Positions 27,666 through 35,972 of a DNA stretch of 64,000 nt are shown one piece after another. Numbering within the stretch: the first letter of the stretch is position 1; every line of letters starts with the position of its first letter. Source of the stretch: Ignavibacteriota bacterium (lineage in GTDB: Bacteria > Bacteroidota > Ignavibacteria > Palsa-1295); contig CAVZOL010000001.1 of assembly GCA_963776895.1 (NCBI GenBank), positions 25,321 to 89,320 on the forward strand, read 5' to 3'. Made by a program: the position numbers and the translations under genes. The notes beneath the pieces are model-generated. The model worked only from the letters and a program-made list of their open reading frames with translations. It was not told where the DNA came from and searched no databases.

Positions 27666-29504
27666 TTATTGTTTAATTGAAAAAATGTTGAACAACCGGT
27701 CGATCGGCTCACCGGAACTTTCCATTTCATTTCCCGATTGCGTTCCTGATACTACTTCATGGAGCAACGCTACTCGTTGTTGCGGGTCGGTTTGCAGCAT
27801 GGCTTGCTCTAACCTGTCTTGCCACACGTTTTGTGAAGCCACTTCTGCCTTCTGCGCAACCACTTCCGCGTGCAGCGAGTCGAGTTCCGCCTGCTCATTA
27901 CTTGCAATTTCACTAATATCGTTCGCACTTAATCCGACCGCTACCTTTATAAGGTTAACTCCTTGACCCTCGGAAGCGGACCACGCCCTGCCCAGAACCG
28001 TTGTAAATTGTTTCGGGGTAATACTGCCGGGTGCAAGGGCCATGCCCACACCATCGTTCCGTCCGGAAGCGACAATAAAATCACCCTTATGTACGATGCC
28101 CCGCACCTTCACGGGTACCTGACCAAGGAATGCGACTTTGCTATACTCGGACTCTTCGCCTTTCGCGGGAACGTTTCCCAACACGATCGGCGCCAAGGAG
28201 ATAGAGAATACACTTTGCGCACCGGCGGTCGTCTTCGAAATTAGTCCATCGGTCATTCCTACGACATCGCCAGGAAAGAGATGTTCATTACTATCGGAGC
28301 GCATCAGGTATTCCGCATAATCTCCAGCCGACGAAGTGTAAGCAACTCCTAAGCTACCGCTTAGCGAAGTGATTTGAGCTCCCCAATTCACGATACCGTC
28401 ACCATCGGCAGCAGCCTTCGCGACATTCCCAGCAGAAACGGCATAATCGTCCTCTGCCATGGCTTCTTCGGCAGCGCCCAAAACCTCTTCGGCAACGCCC
28501 GCAGCATCTTCGGCAACGCCCGCAGCTATTTCTGCAATGCCCAGACCTACATCGATGGCCCCCTCGGCCGCGGTAATGGGGTCCACGAGGAGAACATCTC
28601 CGATACCCTCTTCTATACCGCCATCGGTTTCCTCGACGGTGGCCTCGGCTTCATCGGCGACACCCTCGGCCTCATCGGCAACGGCCTCGGCAGTCTCGGC
28701 GTCGCCCTCGGTCTCGGCCGCGGCCGCTTCGACATCTTCGGCGGCTTGTTTCGCCACGCTAACGGCTTTTGAAGCCTCATCCAGAACATAGAAGGGATCA
28801 TTGTCGAGATCAGTCTGATCCTGTCCTTGAATCGACCCACGCGTGTTGCCGGCACCATCGATAAAGTCAATAAAGTGCGTACCGCTATTAAGGTCAGTCG
28901 AAGCCGTGCAATTTACGGTAAGCCCGGGCGTTCCTGGGGCTGGCGGAGCATCGATCACGATCGGTTCCGACGATGTAACCGTCCCGCTGGCATCGCTTAT
29001 ATGGGAATCGCCAATGTCGGTGTCGCCCACTTTCCATAGGGGAATCGTGTTCAGCGTTCCGGTGCCGTTCACCAGCCCGAGCTGGCCCGAGGCGGCATAA
29101 TCCCAGGCTCCCGATGGGCCTCCGGTATTGCCATCTGCAGTGATGCTATTCTGGTTCGCAGGGATCCAATACGAGAGTTGAGGTACAACAGAACCACCCG
29201 GTGGTCCTGCATAAACGAACCCTGCCTGGGCGTTATTCGATGGAGGAAGCGAGGGAATCAAGGTCAGTGGCATAAACGGTGGAGTCGTGGTACCCCACTG
29301 AGTCCATTCCAAAGACCCTGCAATTGGGGTACGGTAGATCATGGTATGACCTACACCATCATCGAGAATGAGTGCACCGGCGCCGATCGCACGAGGTGTT
29401 TGTGCATACAGTTTCGACGATCCAAATAATGAGAAACTGCTTAGAAACAGAACGACAAAAGAAATACGTCGCATCGAACCTCCGGAATAGATGAAAAGGG
29501 ACAA
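27666..29504 (-). CDS. Secreted tail-fibre/appendage-like protein, paralogue 2 (C-terminally truncated, acidic repeat insert)
   Basis: Signal peptide ...SFSLFGSSKLYAQ. There are ~300-nt blocks at ~97% nucleotide identity to paralogue 1. It has an extra Ala/Glu/Gly/Val-rich insert and lacks the final module of paralogues 1 and 3. Confidence 0.7.
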   Translation of the reverse strand: MSLFIYSGGSMRRISFVVLFLSSFSLFGSSKLYAQTPRAIGAGALILDDGVGHTMIYRTPIAGSLEWTQWGTTTPPFMPLTLIPSLPPSNNAQAGFVYAGPPGGSVVPQLSYWIPANQNSITADGNTGGPSGAWDYAASGQLGLVNGTGTLNTIPLWKVGDTDIGDSHISDASGTVTSSEPIVIDAPPAPGTPGLTVNCTASTDLNSGTHFIDFIDGAGNTRGSIQGQDQTDLDNDPFYVLDEASKAVSVAKQAAEDVEAAAAETEGDAETAEAVADEAEGVADEAEATVEETDGGIEEGIGDVLLVDPITAAEGAIDVGLGIAEIAAGVAEDAAGVAEEVLGAAEEAMAEDDYAVSAGNVAKAAADGDGIVNWGAQITSLSGSLGVAYTSSAGDYAEYLMRSDSNEHLFPGDVVGMTDGLISKTTAGAQSVFSISLAPIVLGNVPAKGEESEYSKVAFLGQVPVKVRGIVHKGDFIVASGRNDGVGMALAPGSITPKQFTTVLGRAWSASEGQGVNLIKVAVGLSANDISEIASNEQAELDSLHAEVVAQKAEVASQNVWQDRLEQAMLQTDPQQRVALLHEVVSGTQSGNEMESSGEPIDRLFNIFSIKQ

Positions 29505-29623
29505 GAGTAATAAAGAATAGCGTTAGTAATACGCTACAAAGATACGTACATTTTTATCATGTTCGATTAAATATGTAAAAATAATTTTAAAACATTTATT
29601 ATTGTGATTTAAAAAATTTTTGA

Positions 29624-29791
29624 TTAAATTCCAATCTCATACAGCAACCCTTCAAATCCTTTTACGCCATCGGAATGCTCGGCATAAAACGTCTCTTCGC
29701 CCTCATCTAATTGGGTTAGCTCACTCTTCAGATATTCGAATGCCTCCTGCGGTGTGTCGGAAAAGAGGATATTCATATTTTCTACCTTCAT
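29624..29791 (-). pseudogene. Remnant of the 3' end of a LOG-family gene (duplicate of 33646..33729)
   Basis: (MKVEN)MNILFSDTPQEAFEYLKSELTQLDEGEETF... parallels the frame-corrected LOG C-terminus LIHFSDTPKEAFEYLKSELTRLDEGEETF. About 85% nucleotide identity over ~84 nt. Confidence 0.7.
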
Positions 29792-29850
29792 TAGACGACG
29801 GAGCCGAGAGAGGTTTGTCCGGGGATATCTACGCGAGAGCAAATTAAAAT

Positions 29851-29873
29851 GGGCCGGAGCAAAGCTCCGGCCC
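29851..29873 (-). terminator. Intrinsic terminator after the 230-aa tail-fibre-like gene
   Basis: Minus-strand GGGCCGGAGC-UUU-GCUCCGGCCC followed by AUUUUAAUUU, 35 nt after the stop at 29908. Confidence 0.75.
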
Positions 29874-29907
29874 ATGCGCTCTTTCTGTTATTTTTTACAG
29901 ATTAGAA

Positions 29908-30600
29908 TCAGTGAATCACAATATAATTGAACACCGCCGACGTAACTCCCGTACCATTGTCCTTGACATTCAGAATGAAGTTATTGGCAGAGGGCGTCAC
30001 ATAATACCCGGTTATATTTCCACCCTGCTGGGCATTGAGGGAAGCCGGCGTAATCACCACGACAGGAGAGCCTGTGTAAGAAGTACCGAAGGGAACTGTC
30101 ACAGTACCTTCCCCAGCAGAAGAGGCGGTGGTTAACGTGATCGTCCCGGAAACATCGCTGCCAGAGACAGTCGCACTGGTGACGATCGTTCCATCGTCAG
30201 TAGCCGTCTGTGCGGAACCCGAACTTAACACATGGGTTGCAGTGATCTCAGATCCGGCGAAATTACCGGAAGCATCGCGCTCCACGAGTGTACTTGCCGT
30301 ATTGGTAGATCCATAAGCAAGCGAAATGAGTTGCTTGCTGCCATTGGTGGCAACGGCCTGGTTCGCGGAGAGCGAAGAGACCGTTACGTTCCCAGTGAAT
30401 GTCCTATTTCCACCAAAGCTTTGATTGCCCTGATCCAGAACGAAATTCGCCGTCGCCGTGCCCGGATCGGGGATGGTGTACGTGGTGTTCTGGGCAAGTG
30501 TTGGCTCGACAATGACCGTACCGCCATTGGCCGTTCCTAATAGCCCTAAGGAACTGCCTATTATGATTCCTTTCGTCCCCATTCCGTCGCTAAAAACCAC
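29908..30600 (-). CDS. Tail-fibre-like beta-rich protein (230 aa)
   Basis: Gly/Thr/Ser/Asn-rich, with no signal peptide. The motif TLVERDASGNFAGSEITA is of the kind seen in phage tail-fibre shafts (from memory). Confidence 0.55.
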   Translation of the reverse strand: MVFSDGMGTKGIIIGSSLGLLGTANGGTVIVEPTLAQNTTYTIPDPGTATANFVLDQGNQSFGGNRTFTGNVTVSSLSANQAVATNGSKQLISLAYGSTNTASTLVERDASGNFAGSEITATHVLSSGSAQTATDDGTIVTSATVSGSDVSGTITLTTASSAGEGTVTVPFGTSYTGSPVVVITPASLNAQQGGNITGYYVTPSANNFILNVKDNGTGVTSAVFNYIVIH

Positions 30601-30626
30601 GGAGGTGTCCGTTGGAGTCGAAAGCG

Positions 30627-31124
30627 TTAAAACCCTCCCCGTGGCCCACCGTGGCGAGTTCCAAACCAGCTTGCAACATCATCCCCCCACGACTCGATCG
30701 TGCCACCGATCGAGCTCACGCCACTGCTGATTCCACCGCCAATTTCACTCTCGATCCACGGCCAGGCTGTATTTTCCAGCCAATTGAGAATCATATTCCC
30801 AATATCCCCGAATTCGGATGTCAACTGGTCGCTCCACGAATTATCCACGCTGTCTTCGAGCGCCGTAGAATCCGCTAAGGTAGGCGTATCGCTAAAAACC
30901 ACGATCTCGTTTAAGTCCATCGCGCTCTTGGCACGATTGGCGAAGAGGCAGTCATGTACCGGATTCGCCTTTTCCATAATTCCGGCAGCAAACAACGCTG
31001 GGGTACATAATGGCATGTTCTCCGAAAGGACAACAGTCCTGCCACTGGCATAATGCGCTTCCGATGGCATGGCCGAAAAGGAAGAGAGCGCTACGAAAAC
31101 CAATAAGATTACTAAATTTCTCAT
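30627..31124 (-). CDS. Secreted hypothetical protein (165 aa), Trp/Gly/Ser-rich C-terminus
   Basis: Signal peptide MRNLVILLVFVALSSFSAMPSEA. No recognised domain. Lies between paralogue 3 and the 230-aa gene. Confidence 0.5.
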   Translation of the reverse strand: MRNLVILLVFVALSSFSAMPSEAHYASGRTVVLSENMPLCTPALFAAGIMEKANPVHDCLFANRAKSAMDLNEIVVFSDTPTLADSTALEDSVDNSWSDQLTSEFGDIGNMILNWLENTAWPWIESEIGGGISSGVSSIGGTIESWGDDVASWFGTRHGGPRGGF

Positions 31125-31157
31125 AAAATCTCCTCAATAAATAATGATAAAGATAAA

Positions 31158-33311
31158 TTAGTGAGTCTGGTTTGAAGGACTGTTAGCCACAGAGCTATTC
31201 ACTCTGGATTTCGCCATTTGAACCGATTCCATGGCACAGTCAATTATCGCAGACGCCGTCGTCGGATCATTAGTCGGATGCAAGAGTAATTGCTTAATCC
31301 GGTCGGACTTGGATTGACGGGTATCCGAGGAGGTCATAATCTTTCGAATGTTGTCCTTCATAGCCTGCATCGCACGATCGTAAGATTGAAGGTGCTGGAT
31401 GTTACCCATTTCCTTCAGATCTGAGGCCGTTATTGTAAAACCCTTGGTATAATCTGTTAAAGGTTTCCCTGTAGCAAACGACGGATTTTTTAGAACCGGC
31501 ATCGTGGAAACGATCGGTTTCGAAACGATCGGTTGTGCCAACGGCTGAGGTGATGCCGGCGGTTGAGATGATGCCGGCGGCTGTGCCATTGGCTGAACCG
31601 GAGGTTGCTGCTGTGCCTCGGCAAGGAGCGTTTGCTTCTTTGCCGGATCCGATTCCGTCATCGCCTGCTCCAGCTTCTGAAACCGTGTGTTCATCGAGGC
31701 GATCTGCGACTCGGACTCGGATTTCACTGCTGCGATCTCAGCCTCCTGCCGGCTCACGATCTCGCTCATGTCCTTTGCGCTGAGTCCGATCGCAACTTTA
31801 ACGAACCCGACATCGCCACCCTCTGAAGAAGTCCAGGCTCTGCCAATCACTTGCGTGAATTGCTGCGGTGTAATCTTGTCCTCAGCGATAGCCACTCCAA
31901 AGCCATCGTTCAGGCCGGAAGCCACAATAAAATCGCCGGGATGCACTGCGCCATGCACCTTGACCGGAACCTGACCCAGGAAGCCAACCTCATTATAATT
32001 AGCGGCTTCGCCCGATGGCGGTTGGTTACCGAGCACGATGGGAGCCGTGGATATGGAATAAATACTTTGCGCGCCCTCGGTATTCTTCGATATCATGCCA
32101 TTCTTGACACCCACGACATCTCCGGGAAAGAGAAATTCCGAAGTATCGGCTCGCCGAAGGTATTCGGCATAATCCGCACCCGACGAGGTGTACTGCACTC
32201 CTGCATCGATGGACTCCGCAGCAACAATCGCTGCGTCCGTCGCATCCGTGGCTATAATTCCCGGAATCTGGGCTGCAAAGATGAGCGCATTGATAAGGGC
32301 AACCGGCGCCTCGAAAATGTCTGCGGCTGCGATAGTCGAAGAATAGGAACCGGCGACATAGACGATGAGCAGGATGGTATAAACGATCGAGGCTGCAATG
32401 TACCCATCGTAGGTGGGACTCTCTAAAAGATCGACGTTGCTCTGCCCTTTTACGGATCCACGAGTCGAGCCGGATCCATCCACAAAATTGAGGAAGTATG
32501 AATTATGATCGAGCGACGTGCCCGACGCGGTAGAATGTATATTGATCGTGCCGGTATCATCGAAGGTTCCATTATTGTATTCGCCCTGTGGAAGGAAGAT
32601 CGGGCTGTTCGCATTACCAAGCGTGACCTTGCCCGTCGCCGACCCGTTCAATATAAGAGAGCCAGTTGTGGCATCTTCAAGATCAACGGTAGAACCATTG
32701 ATGTAAACGTCATTACCCGTGTTTCCAATTGACGTGGTGGCGGTTCCCGTCGTGTTTATGGTGGTCGTTCCTGTAACATTCATCCCGCCGGTGAAATCCA
32801 CCTTCTCGGTCGTGGAAACCGTCGTTCCGTCATCATTGAGGCTGGAAGTTCCCAGGCTGGTATCCGTGGACCAGATTGGGAGATAGGTGGGCGTCGTGGT
32901 ATGACCGCTAATGATGTTGAGCTGCCCCTCACCGGCGTAATCCCATGCACCGGCATACCCTCCGGTATTTCCATCCCCACTCCAGCTCGTCTGCCCTGGT
33001 GGAAGCCAGTAGGCAAGCTGAGGAACTGTTGTCCCACCCAAAGGACCGGCATAAATGAAACCGGCCTGAGCATTATTAGCAGGAGGCACCGGAACACTCC
33101 ACTGTAGTGGCTTGAACGCAGGTGATGTCAGTGACCACGCCGTCCACTCCGGAGATGGATCAACAGGCGCGGTAAGCGTCACGACGTGACCGTGGTTATC
33201 ATCGAGGACCAACGCACCAGCCCCAACACCCCGGGTTTGTGCATGTGTTGTACCTATACCGAAGGCCATGGCAAGCCCCAGTGCGATTGCAAAAATGAAT
33301 TTAGATCTCAT
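31158..33311 (-). CDS. Secreted tail-fibre/appendage-like protein, paralogue 3
   Basis: Signal peptide MRSKFIFAIALGLAMAFGIGTTHAQ. It has the same N-terminal domain, the same YTSSGADYAEYL..GDVVG..FLGQVPVKVHGAVHPGDFIV block, a coiled coil and the C-terminal module (NIQHLQSYD..LLLHP..IIDCAMES). It also has an extra Thr/Gly/Asn-rich segment and a Pro/Gln-rich linker. Confidence 0.7.
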   Translation of the reverse strand: MRSKFIFAIALGLAMAFGIGTTHAQTRGVGAGALVLDDNHGHVVTLTAPVDPSPEWTAWSLTSPAFKPLQWSVPVPPANNAQAGFIYAGPLGGTTVPQLAYWLPPGQTSWSGDGNTGGYAGAWDYAGEGQLNIISGHTTTPTYLPIWSTDTSLGTSSLNDDGTTVSTTEKVDFTGGMNVTGTTTINTTGTATTSIGNTGNDVYINGSTVDLEDATTGSLILNGSATGKVTLGNANSPIFLPQGEYNNGTFDDTGTINIHSTASGTSLDHNSYFLNFVDGSGSTRGSVKGQSNVDLLESPTYDGYIAASIVYTILLIVYVAGSYSSTIAAADIFEAPVALINALIFAAQIPGIIATDATDAAIVAAESIDAGVQYTSSGADYAEYLRRADTSEFLFPGDVVGVKNGMISKNTEGAQSIYSISTAPIVLGNQPPSGEAANYNEVGFLGQVPVKVHGAVHPGDFIVASGLNDGFGVAIAEDKITPQQFTQVIGRAWTSSEGGDVGFVKVAIGLSAKDMSEIVSRQEAEIAAVKSESESQIASMNTRFQKLEQAMTESDPAKKQTLLAEAQQQPPVQPMAQPPASSQPPASPQPLAQPIVSKPIVSTMPVLKNPSFATGKPLTDYTKGFTITASDLKEMGNIQHLQSYDRAMQAMKDNIRKIMTSSDTRQSKSDRIKQLLLHPTNDPTTASAIIDCAMESVQMAKSRVNSSVANSPSNQTH

Positions 33312-33619
33312 GACAAGTGTCTCCTAAAAAATAGCAAAAAGGTGTACTGACCGACGGCAAGGCAGCAGAATTTTTACAAAAATACGAAATTTTTACAAAC
33401 CCTCAAAAGAAACGACCGTTCGTTGTGATGTTACACGCTGAATTGCATTGCACTTACACAACTATTATCAGGAGAAAATCACCTTACCTGCGCGAATAAA
33501 CAGGATTATGGCAATCGAATTAATCATGAAGAATGAAAATTATTTTTTTTTCTATCCTATTTTTTTTGATTTAAATTTGGCAAGAAATGCAACTTTCTGA
33601 CAGCAATCTTTCTATTGCT

Positions 33620-34607
33620 TTATGACAACGGGTTGCTCTGTAAAAACGTCTCTTCGCCTTCATCTAAGCGGGTTAGCTCGCTCTTCAGATATTCGAATGC
33701 TTCCTTGGGTGTGTCGGAGAAGTGGATAAGATTCGAGATCGCTTCGCGCGATCATGCCGTAGTATTCGAGCTTATCGAAATCAATGATCTCATCCCAATA
33801 ACTTTTACCATAAATAACGACCGGCATTTTCTTTCGAATTTTTCCCGTCTGGATGAGTGTGAGGCATTCAAAAAGTTCGTCAATAGTTCCAAATCCTCCG
33901 GGAAACACCACAAGCGCCTTGCTGAGGTACGCAAACCAGAATTTGCGCATAAAAAAGTAATGGAACTCAAAATTCAGTTCATCGGTGATAAAGCTGTTCG
34001 GCATTTGCTCGAATGGGAGCGAAATGTTAAAGCCTATAGATTTTCCACCGGCGAGCGTAGCGCCTTTATTCGCAGCTTCCATGATCCCCGGACCTCCGCC
34101 GGAACAGATCACATACCGCTGCTTGAACGAATGCGTTTTTATGGTAGCGACGTTCACGTAAGGAATTTGCTCCTTGACTTGTGCGGCAGCGACCATTCCT
34201 TTTGTCAACTGTGCTTTTTCATACGTCTGCGCGGCCTCCGTGATGGACCAATCCGTGATCATACGCGCAAGCTCGACCGCTTCTTCGTAGTAACGCGAAA
34301 GTTCCTTATGCCGCGTGGCGCGCCGAACGGCTTCCGTCAGTTCCGCTTCCACTTCGGGCGTGCAGGAGTTCGTTTGGAGCGCAAGCGCGCGAGCGTTTTC
34401 GAGCTGATGCAGCGCAGCGCTAACTTCTTCCGGCGATTGAATGCGCGCAGAACCGAAGAACACGATGGTATCTTTCACACGCGCATGTGCGAGTCGCGTT
34501 CTCGGCTCAATATACTCCGCCAAAAGGCGAATGACCCGCGCCTCCGGGCTGGTGAGAAAATCTTCGTTCAAATAGGCCTTTTCGGCACGTTGTTTTACTG
34601 CTGACAT
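33620..34607 (-). pseudogene. LOG-family (TIGR00730-type) nucleotide phosphoribohydrolase-like protein, frame shifted near 33729-33734
   Basis: GGGPGIMEAANKGA and FPGGFGTIDELFE motifs. After ...ARSDLE the expected end LIHFSDTPKEAFEYLKSELTRLDEGEETFLQSNPLS* reads in another frame and stops at 33620. Confidence 0.82.
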
Positions 34608-34612
34608 GTGAA

Positions 34613-34854
34613 AATGCTAAAGTGCTGAATGCTAAAGTGCTGAATGCTAAAGTGCTGAATGCTAAAGTGCTGAATGCTAAAGTGCTGAATGCTAAAGTGC
34701 TGAATGCTAAAGTGCTGAATGCTAAAGTGCTGAATGCTAAAGTGCTGAATGCTAAAGTGCTGAATGCTAAAGTGCTGAATGCTAAAGTGCTGAATGCTAA
34801 AGTGATGAATGCTAAAGTGCTGAATGCTAAAGTGCTGAGTGCTTATGTAATGCT
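34613..34854. repeat. Tandem array of a 15-bp unit (TGCTAAAGTGCTGAA), ~15 copies plus a degenerate one
   Basis: Read directly from the sequence. Copies are perfect except one G->A variant (~34805) and the last two units. The array starts 6 nt upstream of the LOG start codon. Confidence 0.95.
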
Positions 34855-34895
34855 CTTTTAGCTAAACGCTTAAAAGCAAAGATTCGGTTGACATC

Positions 34896-35411
34896 TCACC
34901 AAAGAATAGCCATTGAGACCGAGAACCCGACAACAGCCTGAGCTATTAATGCAGAGCGAGCTATGGGAGCATATTTGGGTCGCAGGAGACCGATGGGAGT
35001 CCACCATGCCCAATAGGGTGACCGATCCAACAGCCCGCTGTTCGATCTGTTCTCCCAATCGGACGTAGGAAGGGCATCGGATGGTAGATTGAACAAATCA
35101 GCCCATCCGTAATAGAGAAGATCGTCATTCCATGTCCACCAGATCAGATTGAATGCGATGGCAGAACTCAGTCCGCATTGTTTATAGAGAAAATAAGAAA
35201 TCGCAGCCTGAACCGTTCCTTCCAGGATGCGATACGTGGGAAGAAAGCTTGTCCGATTCGCTAAATTATATCCCACATAATCGAAAAGGGAATACGCAAG
35301 CGAAGCGCCGACGACGTATTCATAGCATGCAATGCGGTTGCTATCGGCCTGCGCGCGCACCGGTGGAATAAAAACGAATGCAAGAAGAATAGCAACGACA
35401 AGTGTTCGCAT
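34896..35411 (-). CDS. Membrane/secreted protein of unknown family (paralogue A)
   Basis: Signal peptide MRTLVVAILLAFVFIPPVRAQA. It shares CGLSSAI.FNLIWWT..DD..YYGW.DL...WTPIGLLR...ALIAQAV.GFSVSMAI.W with the next gene. Confidence 0.6.
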   Translation of the reverse strand: MRTLVVAILLAFVFIPPVRAQADSNRIACYEYVVGASLAYSLFDYVGYNLANRTSFLPTYRILEGTVQAAISYFLYKQCGLSSAIAFNLIWWTWNDDLLYYGWADLFNLPSDALPTSDWENRSNSGLLDRSPYWAWWTPIGLLRPKYAPIARSALIAQAVVGFSVSMAILW

Positions 35412-35417
35412 GGATAA

Positions 35418-35972
35418 TTACCAGATAATAGCCATCGAAACGGAGAATCCAATAACAGCTTGCGCAATAAGCGCATTTTTTGCAATATAGCTCCCTTGTT
35501 GCCGAAGCAACCCGATGGGAGTCCATCCCGCGGAATTATATTCTGTAAATCGCAGGCCACTTTGCGCGCGGCTCTCCCATGGGAACCAGCTTAACAGATC
35601 GCCCCATCCATAATATGCAAAATCATCCCCACAGGTCCACCATATAAGATTGAACGAGATCGCAGAACTAAGTCCGCACATTTTATACAAAAAATAGGTG
35701 ATGGCTGCCTGCGTGATGCCGGCGCACAGCCTATAGGCAAAGGGAACTTGAAAGTCGCCGCCGCCGTAGGATTTCTTTACCAGATTGAATGCAGCATAAT
35801 CCGCAAGCGAAAAAGCCAGTGTCGCTCCGACAACGTATCCATAACGCTCGACCGGGGTGCTATCGGCCTGTGCTTTCGCAGAATCGTTAATGATCAGGAG
35901 AATCGCGCCGGCGAAAATTAGAAGGGTGTAGCGCCCAACTTTAGTTGGGCGAAATAATTTTTGCAGCATCAT
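35418..35972 (-). CDS. Membrane/secreted protein of unknown family (paralogue B)
   Basis: 184-aa tandem paralogue of 34896..35411. Its first ~15 codons (MMLQKLFRPTKVGRY) are encoded by the left REP hairpin and overlap the RayT 3' end. Confidence 0.6.
   Translation of the reverse strand: MMLQKLFRPTKVGRYTLLIFAGAILLIINDSAKAQADSTPVERYGYVVGATLAFSLADYAAFNLVKKSYGGGDFQVPFAYRLCAGITQAAITYFLYKMCGLSSAISFNLIWWTCGDDFAYYGWGDLLSWFPWESRAQSGLRFTEYNSAGWTPIGLLRQQGSYIAKNALIAQAVIGFSVSMAIIW

Noticed and set aside
25832-33311. Prophage or tailocin interpretation of the fibre-like cluster
   Set aside because: No integrase, terminase, capsid, portal, tube, sheath, baseplate or lysis genes are in or next to the cluster. 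The large proteins have Sec signal peptides. The flanks are housekeeping genes (ruvX, LOG).
33615-34604. 329-aa plus-strand ORF covering almost the whole LOG gene on the opposite strand
   Set aside because: The minus strand carries clear LOG-family motifs (GGGPGIMEAANKGA, PGGFGTIDELFE). The plus-strand product is Arg/Phe/Ser-rich with no motif, so it is a typical shadow ORF.
34613-34854. Possible CRISPR array
   Set aside because: The units are contiguous 15-mers with no spacers, and no cas genes are in the window.
34622-34861. 79-aa ORF (LNAKV)n
   Set aside because: It is a pure translation of the 15-bp tandem repeat. The 15-bp period keeps any frame open.
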